Source of the DNA: Pecten maximus
Taxonomy: Eukaryota
Reading direction: 5' to 3'
Length of the DNA: 64,000 nucleotides
Assembly (NCBI RefSeq): GCF_902652985.1
Contig: NC_047017.1
Location: forward strand, 41,478,001-41,542,000
In this document: positions 1 to 13,995 of the stretch, one piece after another
Layout of the letters: each line of letters opens with the position of its first letter
How positions within the stretch are numbered: the first letter of the stretch is position 1
The notes under the pieces: generated by a model
What the model saw: only the letters and a program-made list of their open reading frames with translations
The model's database searches: none
Told to the model about the DNA's origin: nothing
Position numbers and translations under genes: made by a program

Positions 1-415
1 TGTCGTTCTCCATGAAATCTTACCGATCTGCCGTGTGTGATGGTCCTTCTCCATGAAATCTTACCGACTTGCCGTGTGTATTGTCCTTCTACATGAAATC
101 TTACCGACTTGCCGTGTGTGGTTGTCCTTCTACATGAAATCTTACCGACTTGCCGTGTGTGGTTGTCCTTCTACATGATACCTTACCGATTTACCGTTCG
201 TAGTTGTCCTTCTTCATAAGATTTTACCGATCCGTGTGTGGTTGCCCTTCTCCGTGAGATTTTACCTATCTGCGTCTGCCGTGTATGATTGGCAGTTGCC
301 CTTCTCCACGATACATTACTGATCTACCGTGTGTGGCTGCCCTTCTCCACGATACATTACTGATCTGTCGTGTGTGGTTGTCCTTCTCCATGGAACTTTA
401 CCGATCTGCCGTTCG
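1..415. repeat. Degenerate ~41-bp tandem array, truncated by the window start
   Basis: Unit ccgtgtgtggttgtccttctacatgaaatcttaccgacttg, about 10 copies. Confidence 0.9.
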
Positions 416-704
416 TGGCTCCTTAATCAGCCTATCCAGGACCTAATGAGAACTAAAGACACGTTTTCGCTGCTAGCAGAAGATACGTCAACAGGCATAC
501 AATTATCCTGTCCATTCAACCAAAAATAATTTTCGAGAGAAGGACGTAAGTTCGATCTTGACGTACTGTTAATGATTCACTTCAAATATCGATCTGTGAG
601 TGTAACGTCAAGATGCAAGACCATTCTATCTGTCACAAAGAGAAAATCGCTGTCACCGCTCAGTTGTTACCAATGCCGGAACTCACTGATGGTCAGCAAA
701 GCTG

Positions 705-3287
705 ATACCTTACTGGTGGTTACCAGTGTCTATACCTTATTGGTGGTTACCAGTGTCTATACCTTACTGGTGGTTACCAGTGTCTATACCTTACTGGTGG
801 TTACCAGTGTCTATACCTTACTGGTGGTTACCAGTGTCTATACCTTACCGGTGGTTACTAGTGTCTATACCTTACTGGTGGTTACCAGTGTCTATACCTT
901 ACTGGTGGTTACCAGTGTCAATACCTTACTGGTGGTTACCAGTGTCTATACCTTATTGGTGGTTACCAGTGTCTATACCTTACTGGTGGTTACTAGTGTC
1001 TATACCTTACTGGTGGTTACTAGTGTCTATACCTTACTGGTGGTTACCAGTGTCTATACCTTACTGGTGGTTACCAGTGTCTATACCTTACTGGTGGTTA
1101 CCAGTGTCTATACCTTACTGGTGGTTACTAGTGTCTATACCTTACTGGTGGTTACCAGTGTCTATACCTTACTGGTGGTTACCAGTGTCTATACCTTACT
1201 GGTGGTTACCAGTGTCTATACCTTACTGGTGGTTACCAGTGTCTATACCTTACTGGTGGTTACCAGTGTCTATACCTTACTGGTGGTTACCAGTGTCTAT
1301 ACCTTACTGGTGGTTACCAGTATCTATACCTTACTGGTGGTTACCAGTGTCTATACCTTACTGGTGGTTACCAGTGTCTATACCTTACTGGTGGTTACCA
1401 GTGTCTATACCTTACTGGTGGTTACCAGTGTCTATACCTTACTGGTGGTTACCAGTGTCTATACCTTACTGGTGGTTACCAGTGTCTATACCTTACTGGT
1501 GGTTACCAGTGTCTATACCTTACTGGTGGTTACCAGTGTCTATACCTTACTGGTGGTTACCAGTGTCTATACCTTACTGGTGGTTACCAGTGTCTATACC
1601 TTACTGGTGGTTACCAGTGTCTATACCTTACTGGTGGTTACTAGTGTCTATACCTTACTGGTGGTTACCAGTGTCTATACCTTACAGGTGGTTACCAGTG
1701 TCTATACCTTACTGGTGGTTACTGGTGTCTATACCTTACTGGTGGTTACCAGTGTCTATACCTTACTGTTGGTTACCAGTGTCTATACCTTACAGGTGGT
1801 TACCAGTGTCTATACCTTACTGGTGGTTACTGGTGTCTATACCTTACTGGTGGTTACCAGTGTCTATACCTTACTGTTGGTTACCAGTGTCTATACCTTA
1901 CAGGTGGTTACCAGTGTCTATACCTTACTGGTGGTTACTATTGTCAATACCTTACTAGTGGTTACCAGTGTCTATACCTTATTGGTGGTTACCAGTGTCT
2001 ATACCTTACTGGTGGTTACCAGTGTCAATATCTTACTGGTGGTTACCAGTGTCTATACCTTACTGGTGGTTACTAGTGTCTATACCTTACTGGTGGTTAC
2101 CAGTATCTATACCTTACTGGTGGTTACCAGTGTCTATACCTTACTGGTGGTTACTAGTGTCTATACCTTACTGGTGGTTACTAGTGTCTATACCTTACTT
2201 GTGGTTACTAGTGTCTATACCTTACTGGTGGTTACCAGTGTCTATACCTTACTGGTGGTTACTAGTGTCTATACCTTACTGGTGGTTACCAGTATCGATA
2301 TCTTACTGGTGGTTACCAGTGTCTATACCTTACTGGTGGTTACCAGTGTCAATACCTTACTGGTGGTTACCAGTGTCTATACCTTACAGGTGGTTACCAG
2401 TGTCTATACCTTACTGGTGGTTACCAGTGTCTATACCTTACTGGTGGTTACCAGTGTCTATACCTTACTGGTGGTTACTAGTGTCTACCTTACTGGTGGT
2501 TACCAGTGTCTATACCTTACTGGTGGTTACCAGTGTCTATACCTTACTGGTGGTTACTAGTGTATATACCTTACTGGTGGTTACTAGTGTCTATACCTTA
2601 CTGGTGGTTACTAGTGTCTATACCTTACTGGTGGTTACCAGTGTCAATACCTTACTGGTGGTTACCAGTGTCTATACCTAACTGGTGGTTACTAGTGTCT
2701 ATACCTTACTGGTGGTTACCAGTGTCTATACCTTACTGGTGGTTACTAGTGTCTATACCTTACTGGTGGTAACCAGTGTCTATACCATACTGGTGGTTAC
2801 CAGTGTCTATACCTTACTGGTGGTTACTAGTGTCTATACCTTACTGGTGGTTACTTGTGTCTATACCTTACTGGTGGTTACCAGTATCGATATCTTACTG
2901 GTGGTTACCAGTGTCTATACCTTACTGGTGGTTACCAGTGTCAATACCTTACTGGTGGTTACCAGTGTCTATACCTTACAGGTGGTTACCAGTGTCTATA
3001 CCTTACTGGTGGTTACCAGTGTCTATACCTTACTGGTGGTTACCAGTGTCTATACCTTACTGGTGGTTACTAGTGTCTATACCTTACTTGTGGTTACCAG
3101 TGTCTATACCTTACTGGTGGTTACTAGTGTCTATACCTTACTGGTGGTTACCAGTGTCTATACCTTACTGGTGGTTACTAGTGTCTATACCTTACTGGAG
3201 GTTACCAGTGTCTATACCTTACTGGTGGTTACTAGTGTCAATACCTTACTGGTGGTTACCAGTATCGATATCTTACTGGTGGTTACC
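705..3287. repeat. 27-bp minisatellite, ~95 copies
   Basis: Unit ataccttactggtggttaccagtgtct. Source of the spurious TLLVVTSVY and IPYWWLPVS ORFs. Confidence 0.98.
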
Positions 3288-4891
3288 TATGTCGATGTAA
3301 AAATTTAAAATGTAAATGAGGTTTTGCGAGTACTGATACTCGATTTGTGGTTGCCAAAGGTGATTCATTATTGGTCAAATTGGGTCAGTGCTGCTATCTG
3401 ATTGGTTGTTGCGGGTGCTGATATTGCCCGGTCCTGGCCAGTGACGATATCCCATTAGCCTGTGCTGCTACCTAATAAGTCGTTGTCAATGTCGTCATAT
3501 CATATTATTTGTTGTCAACACTGACACTTCATTAGTTGTTGCCAAAGCAATGCTTTTTTCAATTGCTGTTGTTATGGTCGTAGATTTATTTTTCCCCAAT
3601 TCTGATTTAACCGTATGTATACATGTATATTTAACCAATGTCGGGGTAGACTGGTGCTAAATTGTGACCAATATCAGTGTTTAAAATATGAACTTTGTAT
3701 GTTTGACAATGTTAGTGTTGTTTGTATGTTAATATGCCTATCAGCAATATAAACTCAAACATCTTATTGGAAAATCATTCAATGCATACGTTTGTTAGGA
3801 AATAATTAAGTAAAATTGGTATTGTAACAAATGACATAAATATTTATCAATGGTTGGTGCTCGAGTAGTTATTTAAGAGATACCTCACTGTGATAAGTTC
3901 TAAATTATACATGATAGCAAGACAAACATTATTATTACTCCAATAAAACAATGGGTCCTGATAGACTTCGGATAGTTCGCTGTCAGTAGGGACAGTCGGC
4001 TATGTTTAATTACAACGTGTTTACGGCTACTTCGCCTGGGGTCGCTGAGTGTTAGATTTACCGTGGTTTTATTGTACAGCACTTTGGACACACTGATCAG
4101 TATGTACAAGAGCTGTTTAAGAGAATATCACGGACCTTAACAAGCCTTTTATCACGCCCTTCGTTTACACCCTTGTATGCTAGTTACTTCTGTAAATATT
4201 CATCATTGAAGGTACACCTTAACACAGAAGTCCTGTGTCGTTGACAACTCAGTTTGAAATTGACACCGGGTGCTGACAGAGTGTCGATCGATAGACCTGC
4301 CGTGAGGAACTCCCGGGGTGGAGGGCTGCAGAGGCTGGCTTCTCGGACAATTGGCGCGGAAACCAGCGACCTCATTATACCACACTTCGGCTCTTGTCAC
4401 CAGTTGTGTTGCTAAGCACTTTGTTCACAGCAGCTCAATAGAAGGACATTACAAAACGGACGAGGTGTTCAGATCACCGACTGTTTTATCGAAAACCGAT
4501 TATCGGTTATGTCCTAACATGTAGGACGGCTTTTGTGGAGAGTCGAAGCATTATCAGGTGTAGAGCCACTGAAACCTCAGCATCCACTGCTGGGATGATA
4601 CAATAGTTTCATAATATCCTCGGGTATAGAATGTCACAGTCGATAATTACATCGGTGAATAATTGACAAAATATGAGAATAGCCTGGACGATATAAATAT
4701 ATTGGTAGGTTTACCCCTAGTTGCACAGTACAGGCGATACGTATGCGACCAGTACTTCTATCTATTATTCATTGAATCAGCCATCTACGAAAACATGATG
4801 GCTGACAGCTAACAATCATGTACAATCATATCTCACAAAACATACCGGAACAAAGCCCTTCATATCAATTATGTAACGGATCCGTCCATTC

Positions 4892-6885
4892 GTATTACAC
4901 CACGGGTAACGAATCCTTACTGTCGGTATTACACCACAGGTAACGAATCCTTACTGTCGGTATTACACCACAGGTAACGAATCCTTACTGTCGGTATCAC
5001 ACCACAGGTAACGAATCCTTACTGTCGGTATTACACCACAGGTAACGAATCCTTACTGTCGGTATCACACCACAGGTAACGAATCCTTACTGTCGGTATC
5101 ACACCACAGGTAACGAATCCTTACTGTCGGTATTACACCACAGGTAACGAATCCTTACTGTCGGTATCACACCACAGGTAACGAATCCTTACTATCGGTA
5201 TTACACCACGGGTAACGAATCCTTACTGTCGGTATTACACCACAGGTAACGAATCCTTACTGTCGGTATCACACCACAGGTAACGAATCCTTACTGTCGG
5301 TATCACACCACAGGTAACGAATCCTTACTGTCGGTATTACACCACAGGTAACGAATCCTTACTATCGGTATCACACCACAGGTAACGAATCCTTACTATC
5401 AGTATCACACCACAGGTAACGAATCCTTACTGTCGGTATTACACCACGAGTAACGAATCCTTACTGTCGGTATTACACCACGGGTAACGAATCCTTACTG
5501 TCGGTATCACACTACAGGTAACGAATCCTTACTGTCGGTATCACACCACAGGTAACGAATCCTTACTGTCGGTATTACACCACAGGTAACGAATCCTAAA
5601 CTATCGGTATCACACCACAGGTAACGAATCCTTACTGTCGGTATCACACCACAGGTAACGAATCCTTACTGTCGATATCACACCACAGGTAACGAATCCT
5701 TACTGTCGGTATCACACCACAGGTAACGAATCCTTACTGTCGGTATTACACCACGAGTAACGAATCATTACTGCCGGTATCACACCACAGGTAACGAATC
5801 CTAAACTATCGGTATCACACCACAGGTAACGAATCCTTACTATCGGTATCACACCACAGGTAACGAATCCTTACTGTCGGTATCACACCACAGGTAACGA
5901 ATCCTTACTGTCGGTATCACACCACAGGTAACGAATCCTTACTGTCGGTATCACACCACAGGTAACGAATCCTTACTATCGGTATCACACCACAGGTAAC
6001 GAATCCTTACTGTCGGTATTACACCACAGGTAACGAATCCTTACTGTCGGTATTACACCACAGGTAACGAATCCTTACTATCGGTATCACACCACAGGTA
6101 ACGAATCCTTACTGTCGGTATTATACCACAAGTAACGAATCCTTACTGTCGGTATTACACCACAGGTAGCGAATCCTTACTATCGGTATCACACCACAGG
6201 TAACGAATCCTTACTGTTGGTATCACACCACAGGTAACGAATCCTTACTGTCGGTATCACACCACAGGTAACGAATCCTTACTGTCGGTATCACACCACA
6301 GGTAACGAATCCTTACTGTCGGTATCACACCACAGGTAACGAATCCTTACTGTCGGTATCACACCACAGGTAACGAATCCTTACTGTCGGTATCACACCA
6401 CAGGTAACGAATCCTTACTGTCGGTATCACACCACAGGTAACGAATCCTTACTGTCGGTATCACACCACAGGTAACGAATCCTTACTGTCGGTATCACAC
6501 CACAGGTAACGAATCCTTACTGTCGGTATTACACCACAGGTAACGAATCCTTACTATCGGTATCACACCACAGGTAACGAATCCTTACTGTCGGTATTAT
6601 ACCACAAGTAACGAATCCTTACTGTCGGTATTACACCACAGGTAGCGAATCCTTACTATCGGTATCACACCACAGGTAACGAATCCTTACTGTTGGTATC
6701 ACACCACAGGTAACGAATCCTTACTGTCGGTATCACACCACAGGTAACGAATCCTTACTGTCGGTATCACACCACAGGTAACGAATCCTTACTGTCGGTA
6801 TCACACCACAGGTAACGAATCCTTACTGTCGGTATTACACCACAGGTAACGAATCATTAATGTCGGTATTCTACCACAGGTAACG
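4892..6885. repeat. 34-bp minisatellite, ~58 copies
   Basis: Unit acaccacaggtaacgaatccttactgtcggtat(c/t). Confidence 0.98.
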
Positions 6886-7350
6886 CCTAAGCACGTCACA
6901 TTCCACGAACATCCACACTTTAATATCAGTATTTCACGTTACCCGAGATACGTTGTACTGTAGTGTTATTCTGGTAATACTATAAAACACATGTGTTTTT
7001 TTACGTACAAACGTATAAAGCGTCTGTTTTTTGTACTAATATTTGTAGGAAGCTTCTTTTGGCACCTGCAACTGTACAAAGCACCTTTTACTAGCACCAC
7101 ATTTGTTTAAAGCACCTGCTGTTGGTATTTATATTTCTTTAAAGCCCCTATTGTTGATAACTGCAATCCTACCCAAGTGGCTGGTGTTGGCACCTACAAG
7201 CATACTACGATTCTATAAAACCTTTGCAGGTGGCATGTTGATCGTAGAAGGCCAAAAGAGAGAAAGTTCATCCCTATCGCAACACATACGATCTTTTATC
7301 ATCTTTTTCCTTGCTTGCTTTCTTTCTTTCTTCCTTTGTTTTCCTGTATA

Positions 7351-7588
7351 GGTGTCTGCTGGTCACCCGTGTTTATTTGACACTGGCTGTTGGTGTCTGC
7401 TGGACACCCGTGTTTATTTGATACTGACTGTTGGTGTCTGCTGGACACCCGTGTTTATTTGACACTGGCTGTTGGTGTCTGCTGGACACCCGTGTTTATT
7501 TGACACTGGCTGTTGGTGTCTGCTGGACACCCGTGTTTATTTGACACTGACTGTTGGTGTCTGCTGGACACCCGTGTTTATTTGACAC
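7351..7588. repeat. 41-bp tandem array, ~6 copies
   Basis: Unit ggtgtctgctggacacccgtgtttatttgacactggctgtt. Confidence 0.95.
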
Positions 7589-7861
7589 AAATATAGCCTT
7601 GAACGCAAACGGGTTCCCATGCCATTTGCCCACCATACATCTTGCTGCCATATCGACTATAACAACATTAAAACCACTGCTGATTGCTTAATTGAAGTCA
7701 ATATTGTTGGTATCTTCAGTTTTATAAAGCGCCTGTTGTCGGCGCCTACATTTTAAAAACGACTTTAAAAGTTCCCTTTGTTGGTATCTTCTTGAAAGCG
7801 TCTGTTGTTGGTACCTCGGGTTTTATCAGAGCGCCTGTTGTCGGGCGCCTACAATTTGTTT

Positions 7862-9190
7862 GGGCCTGCTGTTGATACTTTCAGTTCTATAAAGGGCCTG
7901 TTGTTGGTACCTTCAGTTCTATAAAGGACCCGTTGTTGATACTTTCAGTTCTATAAAGGGCCTGTTGTTGATACTTTCAGTTCTATAAAGGGCCTGTTGT
8001 TGGTACCTTCAGTTCTATAAAGGGCCCGTTGTTGATACTTTCAGTTCTATAAAGGGCCTATTGTTGGTACTTTCAGTTCTATAAAGGGCCTGTTGTACAT
8101 ACTTTCAGTTCTATAAAGGGCCTGCTGTTGATACTTTCAGTTCTATAAAGGGCCTGTTGTTGATACTTTCAGTTCTATAAAGGGCCCGTTGTTGATACTT
8201 TCAGTTCTATAAAGGGCCTGTTGTTGATACCTTCAGTTCTATAAAGGGCCTGCTGTTGATACCTTCAGTTCTATAAAGGGCCTGTTGTTGGTACCTTCAG
8301 TTCTATAAAGGGCTTGTTGTTGATACTTTCAGTTCTATAAAGGGCCTGTTGTTGGCACCTTCAGTTCTATAAAGGGCCTGTTGTTGATACTTTCAGTTCT
8401 ATAAAGGGCCTGTTGTTGATACTTTCATTTCTATAAAGGGCCTGTTGTTGGTACCTTCAGTTCTATAAAGGGCCTGTTGTTGATACTTTCAGTTCTATAA
8501 AGGGCCTGTTATTGATACTTTCAGTTAGTTCTATAAAGGGCCTGTTGTTGGTACCTTCACTTCTATAAAGGGCCTGTTGTACATACTTTCAGTTCTATAA
8601 AGGGCCAGCTGTTGATACTTTCAGTTCTATAAAGGGCCTGTTGTTGATACTTTCAGTTCTATTAAGGGCCCGTTGTTGGTACCTTCAGTTCTATAAAGGG
8701 CCTGTTGTTGATACCTTCAGTTCTATAAAGGGCCTGTTGTTGGTACCTTCAGTTCTATGAAGGGCCTGTTGTTGATACTTTCAGTTCTATAAAGGGCCTG
8801 TTGTTGATACTTTCAGTTCTATAAAGGGCCTGTTGTTGGTACCTTCAGTTCTATAAAGGGCCTGTTGTTGATACCTTCAGTTCTATAAAGGGCTTGTTGT
8901 TGATACTTTCAGTTCTATAAAGGGCCTGTTGTTGGCACCTTCAGTTCTATAAAGGGCCTGTTGTTGGCACCTTCAGTTCTATAAAGGGCTTGTTGTTGGT
9001 ACCTTCAGTTCTATAAAGGGCCTGTTGTTGGCACCTTCAGTTCTATAAAGGGCCTGTTGTTGGTACCTTCAGTTCTATAAAGGGCCTGTTGTTGGTACCT
9101 TCAGTTCTATAAAGGGCCTGTTGTTGATACTTTCATTTCTATAAAGGGTCTATTGTTGGTACCTTCAGTTCTATGAAGGGCCTGTTGGTG
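7862..9190. repeat. 32-bp minisatellite, ~41 copies
   Basis: Unit aaagggcctgttgttgatactttcagttctat. Degenerate relatives extend back to about 7015. Confidence 0.97.
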
Positions 9191-9306
9191 GTGTCTATAT
9201 TTTAATAAATTATCTGTAGTCCTACATGTAGTTCGGTTATATTGGCGACATGTGACAGACAAGATGATACTAGATATATCCCATCAACGTTTACAGTAAA
9301 CAAGCT

Positions 9307-10602
9307 CTGTCTGTTACTGTACTGCCTGTTACTGTACTGCCTGTTACTGTACTGTCTGTTACTGTACTGCCTGTTACTGTACTGCCTGTTACTGTACTGC
9401 CTGTTACTTTACTGGCTGTTACTGTACTGCCTGTTACTGTACTGCCTGTTACTGTACTGGCTGTTACTGTACTGGCTGTTACTGTACTGCCTGTTACTGT
9501 ACTGCCTGTTACTGTACTGGCTGTTACTGTACTGCCTGTTACTGTACTGCCTGTTACTGTACTGGCTGTTACTGTACTGCCTGTTACTGTACTGCCTGTT
9601 ACTGTACTGGCTGTTACTGTACTGCCTGTTACTGTACTGCCTGTTACTGTACTGCCTGTTACTGTACTGGCTGTTACTGTACTGCCTGTTACTTTACTGG
9701 CTGTTACTGTACTGCCTGTCACTGTACTGCCTGTTACTGTACTGGCTGTTACTGTACTGCCTGTTACTGTACTGGCTGTTACTGTACTGGCTGTTACTGT
9801 ACTGCCTGTTACTGTACTGCCTGTTACTGTACTGGCTGTTACTGTACTGCCTGTTACTGTACTGGCTGTTACTGTACTGCCTGTTACTGTACTGCCTGTT
9901 ACTGTACTGGCTGTAACTGTACTGCCTGTTACTGAACTGCCTGTTACTGTACTGCCTGTTACTGAACTGTCTGTTACTGTACTGCCTGTTACTGTACTGC
10001 CTGTTACTTTACTGGCTGTTACTGTACTGCCTGTTACTGTACTGGCTGTAACTGTACTGCCTGTTACTGTACTGGCTGTAACTGTACTGCCTGTTACTTT
10101 ACTGGCTGTTACTGTACTGCCTGTTACTGTACTGCCTGTTACTTTACTGGCTGTTACTGTACTGGCTGTAACTGTACTGCCTGTTACTGTACTGCCTGTT
10201 ACTGTACTGCCTGTTACTGTACTGCCTGTTACTTTACTGGCTGTTACTGTACTGCCTGTTACTGTACTGCCTGTTACTGTACTGCCTGTTACTTTACTGG
10301 CTGTTACTGTACTGCCTGTTACTGTACTGTCTGTTACTGTACTGCCTGTTACTGTACTGGCTGTAACTGTACTGCCTGTTACTGTACTGGCTGTAACTGT
10401 ACTGCCTGTTACTGTACTGCCTGTTACTGTACTGGCTGTAACTGTACTGCCTGTTACTGTACTGCCTGTTACTGTACTGCCTGTTACTTTACTGGCTGTT
10501 ACTGTACTGCCTGTTACTGTACTGGCTGTAACTGTACTGCCTGTTACTGTACTGGCTGTAACTGTACTGCCTGTTACTGTACTGCCTGTTACTGTACTGC
10601 CT
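9307..10602. repeat. 15-bp minisatellite, ~86 copies
   Basis: Unit ctgttactgtactg(c/g). Confidence 0.98.
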
Positions 10603-11910
10603 GGTCATTTGTGTCCGTTTATTACTTCGCTGCTGCAAGAATCTGATTACTGGGTAGCGTCCGTCTGGAAATCTAGTCTACAATATAAATATGGAAACAT
10701 CACGTCATATTCGATTAGGGTTATATTAGCACGTGTTTTGTAAAGCCACGTTGCTATGGTACTGGGTAAGTAACGGCGAAGGTATCACACCTCTATCAAC
10801 GTCAATGGACGACTGTTTACCGCTGTAAACACGGGTGTTTGGTTCTGGCCGAAGTAACGCGAGCTTTCACCAATAATTGATAGAAATCTATTTTAGGATC
10901 AGCAACGTGATTGAGTCGAAAATGATTGTTTTGTCATTCATCTCTTAGAGTGTAGTACCTAATGCTTATTACGAAAGTAGTAGTATTTAGTTTTAAATCC
11001 AATCTTTGTTAAAACAGCTTCGTTAACGCCGCTTTGTTTTCCTTCCCTATTGTAATTCGAGTTTTCTTTTCCAGAGATGAAAAAAAAACTTTGTCAGTTA
11101 TACTTGTGCTTGACGCAACGCTCTTTAAATGTGTTAATTTGATGTTTAAAATATTGACGTGAAAAGTACAAAGTAGCGTTCAATTACCTAGAGAGAAATG
11201 TTCTGATATTGAAAATGAGGAATGGGTGATAGCAGAAAGAAATTATATGCACTAACTCTTCAATGAAGAAATTAGGCAGGTAGATAAGGTAAAATAAGCC
11301 TGGGATTACTTGTGGCGCACAGTTTAAACGCTTCCTCTCCAGGTAAACATAATGTACCCACTGGCCCTACCCTTTATATACTGTCGCTTACTACAGAACG
11401 CATCACCACACCTCTCTTCAACATTCTATAAATAGTTATATGTTATGGCAATAAGTTGTCGTATCTATATATGGATTCATGTTTGTAGTTTGTAGTTACC
11501 AGTATTGAACCGAAGACGTTCCCAGTTTTTTCAGCAAAGCCATTATCAATGTCAACTGTGTCATGCAGGAACAAAATGAAATGTAATGTCTTGATATATA
11601 TATCTATATATAGGTATCGAAATCTAGCTCTAATTCTTAGCTAACCATCAACAGATTCCATTTAGGGTGGTGACGAATTTATGTTATGAACGCAAAGGAA
11701 CATTTCTACGCTCATCATGTGGAATGTCAACTTCCGGTTTTGCAAATTGAAAATAATCAATAAAAAGAGGAGAATAATGAGCAAATGTGATAAAAAGATA
11801 GAAACAGAATATGAAATTTAGGATAAAATAGAATACCGAATATGAAATTAACGACATTTTTGAACTGATTTGAACTCCTAACTGATTAACACTCACTTAG
11901 TAACGACAGT

Positions 11911-12625
11911 ACCTGTTATATGTTATATACATGTTATATGTACACCTGTTATATGTACACCTGTCATATGTACACCTGTCATATGTACACCTGTTATATG
12001 TACACCTGTCATATGTACACTTGTCATATGTACACCTGTTATATGTACACCTGTCATATGTACACCTGTCATATGTACACCTGTTATATGTACACCTGTC
12101 ATATGAACACCTGTCATATGTACACCTGTCATATGTACACCTGTCACATGTACACCTGTCATTTGTACACCTGTCATATGTACACATGTTATATGTACAC
12201 CTGTCATATGTACACCTGTCACATGTACACCTGTCATTTGTACACCTGTCATATGTACACATGTTATATGTACACATGCTATATGTACACCTGTTATATG
12301 TACACCTGTCATATGTACACCTGTCATATGTACACCTGTTATATGTACACCTGCCATATGTACACCTGTCATATGTACACCTGTTATATGTACACATGTT
12401 ATATGTACAACTGTCATATGTACACCTGTCATATGTACACCTGTCATATGTACACCTGGTATATACACACCTGTCACATGTACACCTGTCATATGTACAC
12501 CTATCATATGTACACATGTTATATGTACACCTGTCATATGTACACCTGTTATATGTACACATGTCATATGTACACCTGTCACATGTACACCTGTTATATG
12601 TACACATGTCATATGTACACCTGTT
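11911..12625. repeat. 15-bp minisatellite, ~47 copies
   Basis: Unit tacacctgt(c/t)atatg. Confidence 0.98.
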
Positions 12626-12699
12626 CTCGAGGCTATCCTATCCTTAAGTCTCGTTAGACAACAAATTATCATATGAGGAAAAAAGGTTCTCAATAATGA

Positions 12700-13995
12700 A
12701 TCTCGTAACATAGATGTCTGTCTCAATGATCAATCTTGGTACATAGATGTCGCTGTCTCAATGATTAATATTGGTACATAGATGTCGCTGTCTCAATGAC
12801 CAATCTTAATACATAGATGTCTGTCTCAATGACCAATCTTGGTACATAGTTGTCTGTCTCAATGACCAATCTTGGTACATAGATGTCTGTCTCAATGACC
12901 AATCTTGGTACATAGATGTCGCTGTCTCAATGACCAATCTTGGTACATAGATGTCGCTGTCTCAATGACCAATCTTGGTACATAGGTGTCTGTCTCAATG
13001 ATCAATCTTGGTACATAGTTGTCTGTCTCAATGACCAATCTTGGTACATAGATGTCTGTCTCAATGACCAATCTTGGTACATAGATGTCGCTGTCTCAAT
13101 GACCAATCTCGTAACATAGATGTCGCTGTCTCAATGACCAATCTTGGTGCATAGATGTCTGTCTCAATGACCAATCTTGGTACATAGATGTCTGTCTCAA
13201 TGACCAATCTTGGTACATAGATGTCACTGTCTCAATGGTCAATCTTGGTACATAGATGTCTGTCTCAATGACCAATCTTGGTACATAGATGTCACTGTCT
13301 CAATGACCAATCTTGGTACATAGATGTCTGTCTCAATGACCAATCTTGGTACATAGATGTCACTGTCTCAATAATCAATCTTGGTACATAGATGTCTGTC
13401 TCAATGACCAATCTTGGTACATAGATGTCACTGTCTCAATGACCAATCTTGGTACATAGATGTCTGTCTCAATGACCAATCTTGGTACATAGATGTCTGT
13501 CTCAATGACCAATCTTGGTACATAGATGTCGCTGTCTCAATGACCAATCTTGGTACACAGATGTCTGTCTCAATGACCAATCTTGTTACATAGATGTCGC
13601 TGTCTCAATGACCAATCTTGGTACATAGATGTCTGTCTCAATGACCAATCTTGGTACATAGATGTCACTGTCTCAATGACCAATCTTGGTACATAGATGT
13701 CGCTGTCTCAATGACCAATCTTGGTACATAGATGTCTGTCTCAATGACCAATCTTGGTACATAGATGTCGCTGTCTCAATGACCAATCTTGGTACACAGA
13801 TGTCTGTCTCAATGACCAATCTTGTTACATAGATGTCGCTGTCTCAATGACCAATCTTGGTACATAGATGTCTGTCTCAATGATCAATCTTGGTACATAG
13901 ATGTCTGTCTCAATGACCAATCTTGTTACATAGATGTCGCTGTCTCAATGATCAATCTTGGTACATAGATGTCGCTGTCTCAATTATTAACCATG
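12700..13995. repeat. 33/35-bp minisatellite, ~38 copies
   Basis: Unit ctcaatgaccaatcttggtacatagatgtc[gc/ac]tgt. Confidence 0.97.

Noticed and set aside
572-3308. 662-aa and other long ORFs (TLLVVTSVY, IPYWWLPVS repeats)
   Set aside because: Several frames are open at once because the 27-bp unit lacks stops; a 2-bp deletion swaps frames and variants show no codon-position bias.
9242-12726. Antifreeze-like (TVTGS) and Cys-rich (CTYDR) repeat proteins
   Set aside because: Translations of 15-bp minisatellites open on both strands, with no signal peptide or supported gene structure.
4892-13995. CRISPR-like appearance of 27-37-bp repeats with internal palindromes
   Set aside because: Units are directly head to tail with no unique spacers, there are no cas genes, and the context is a spliced animal gene.
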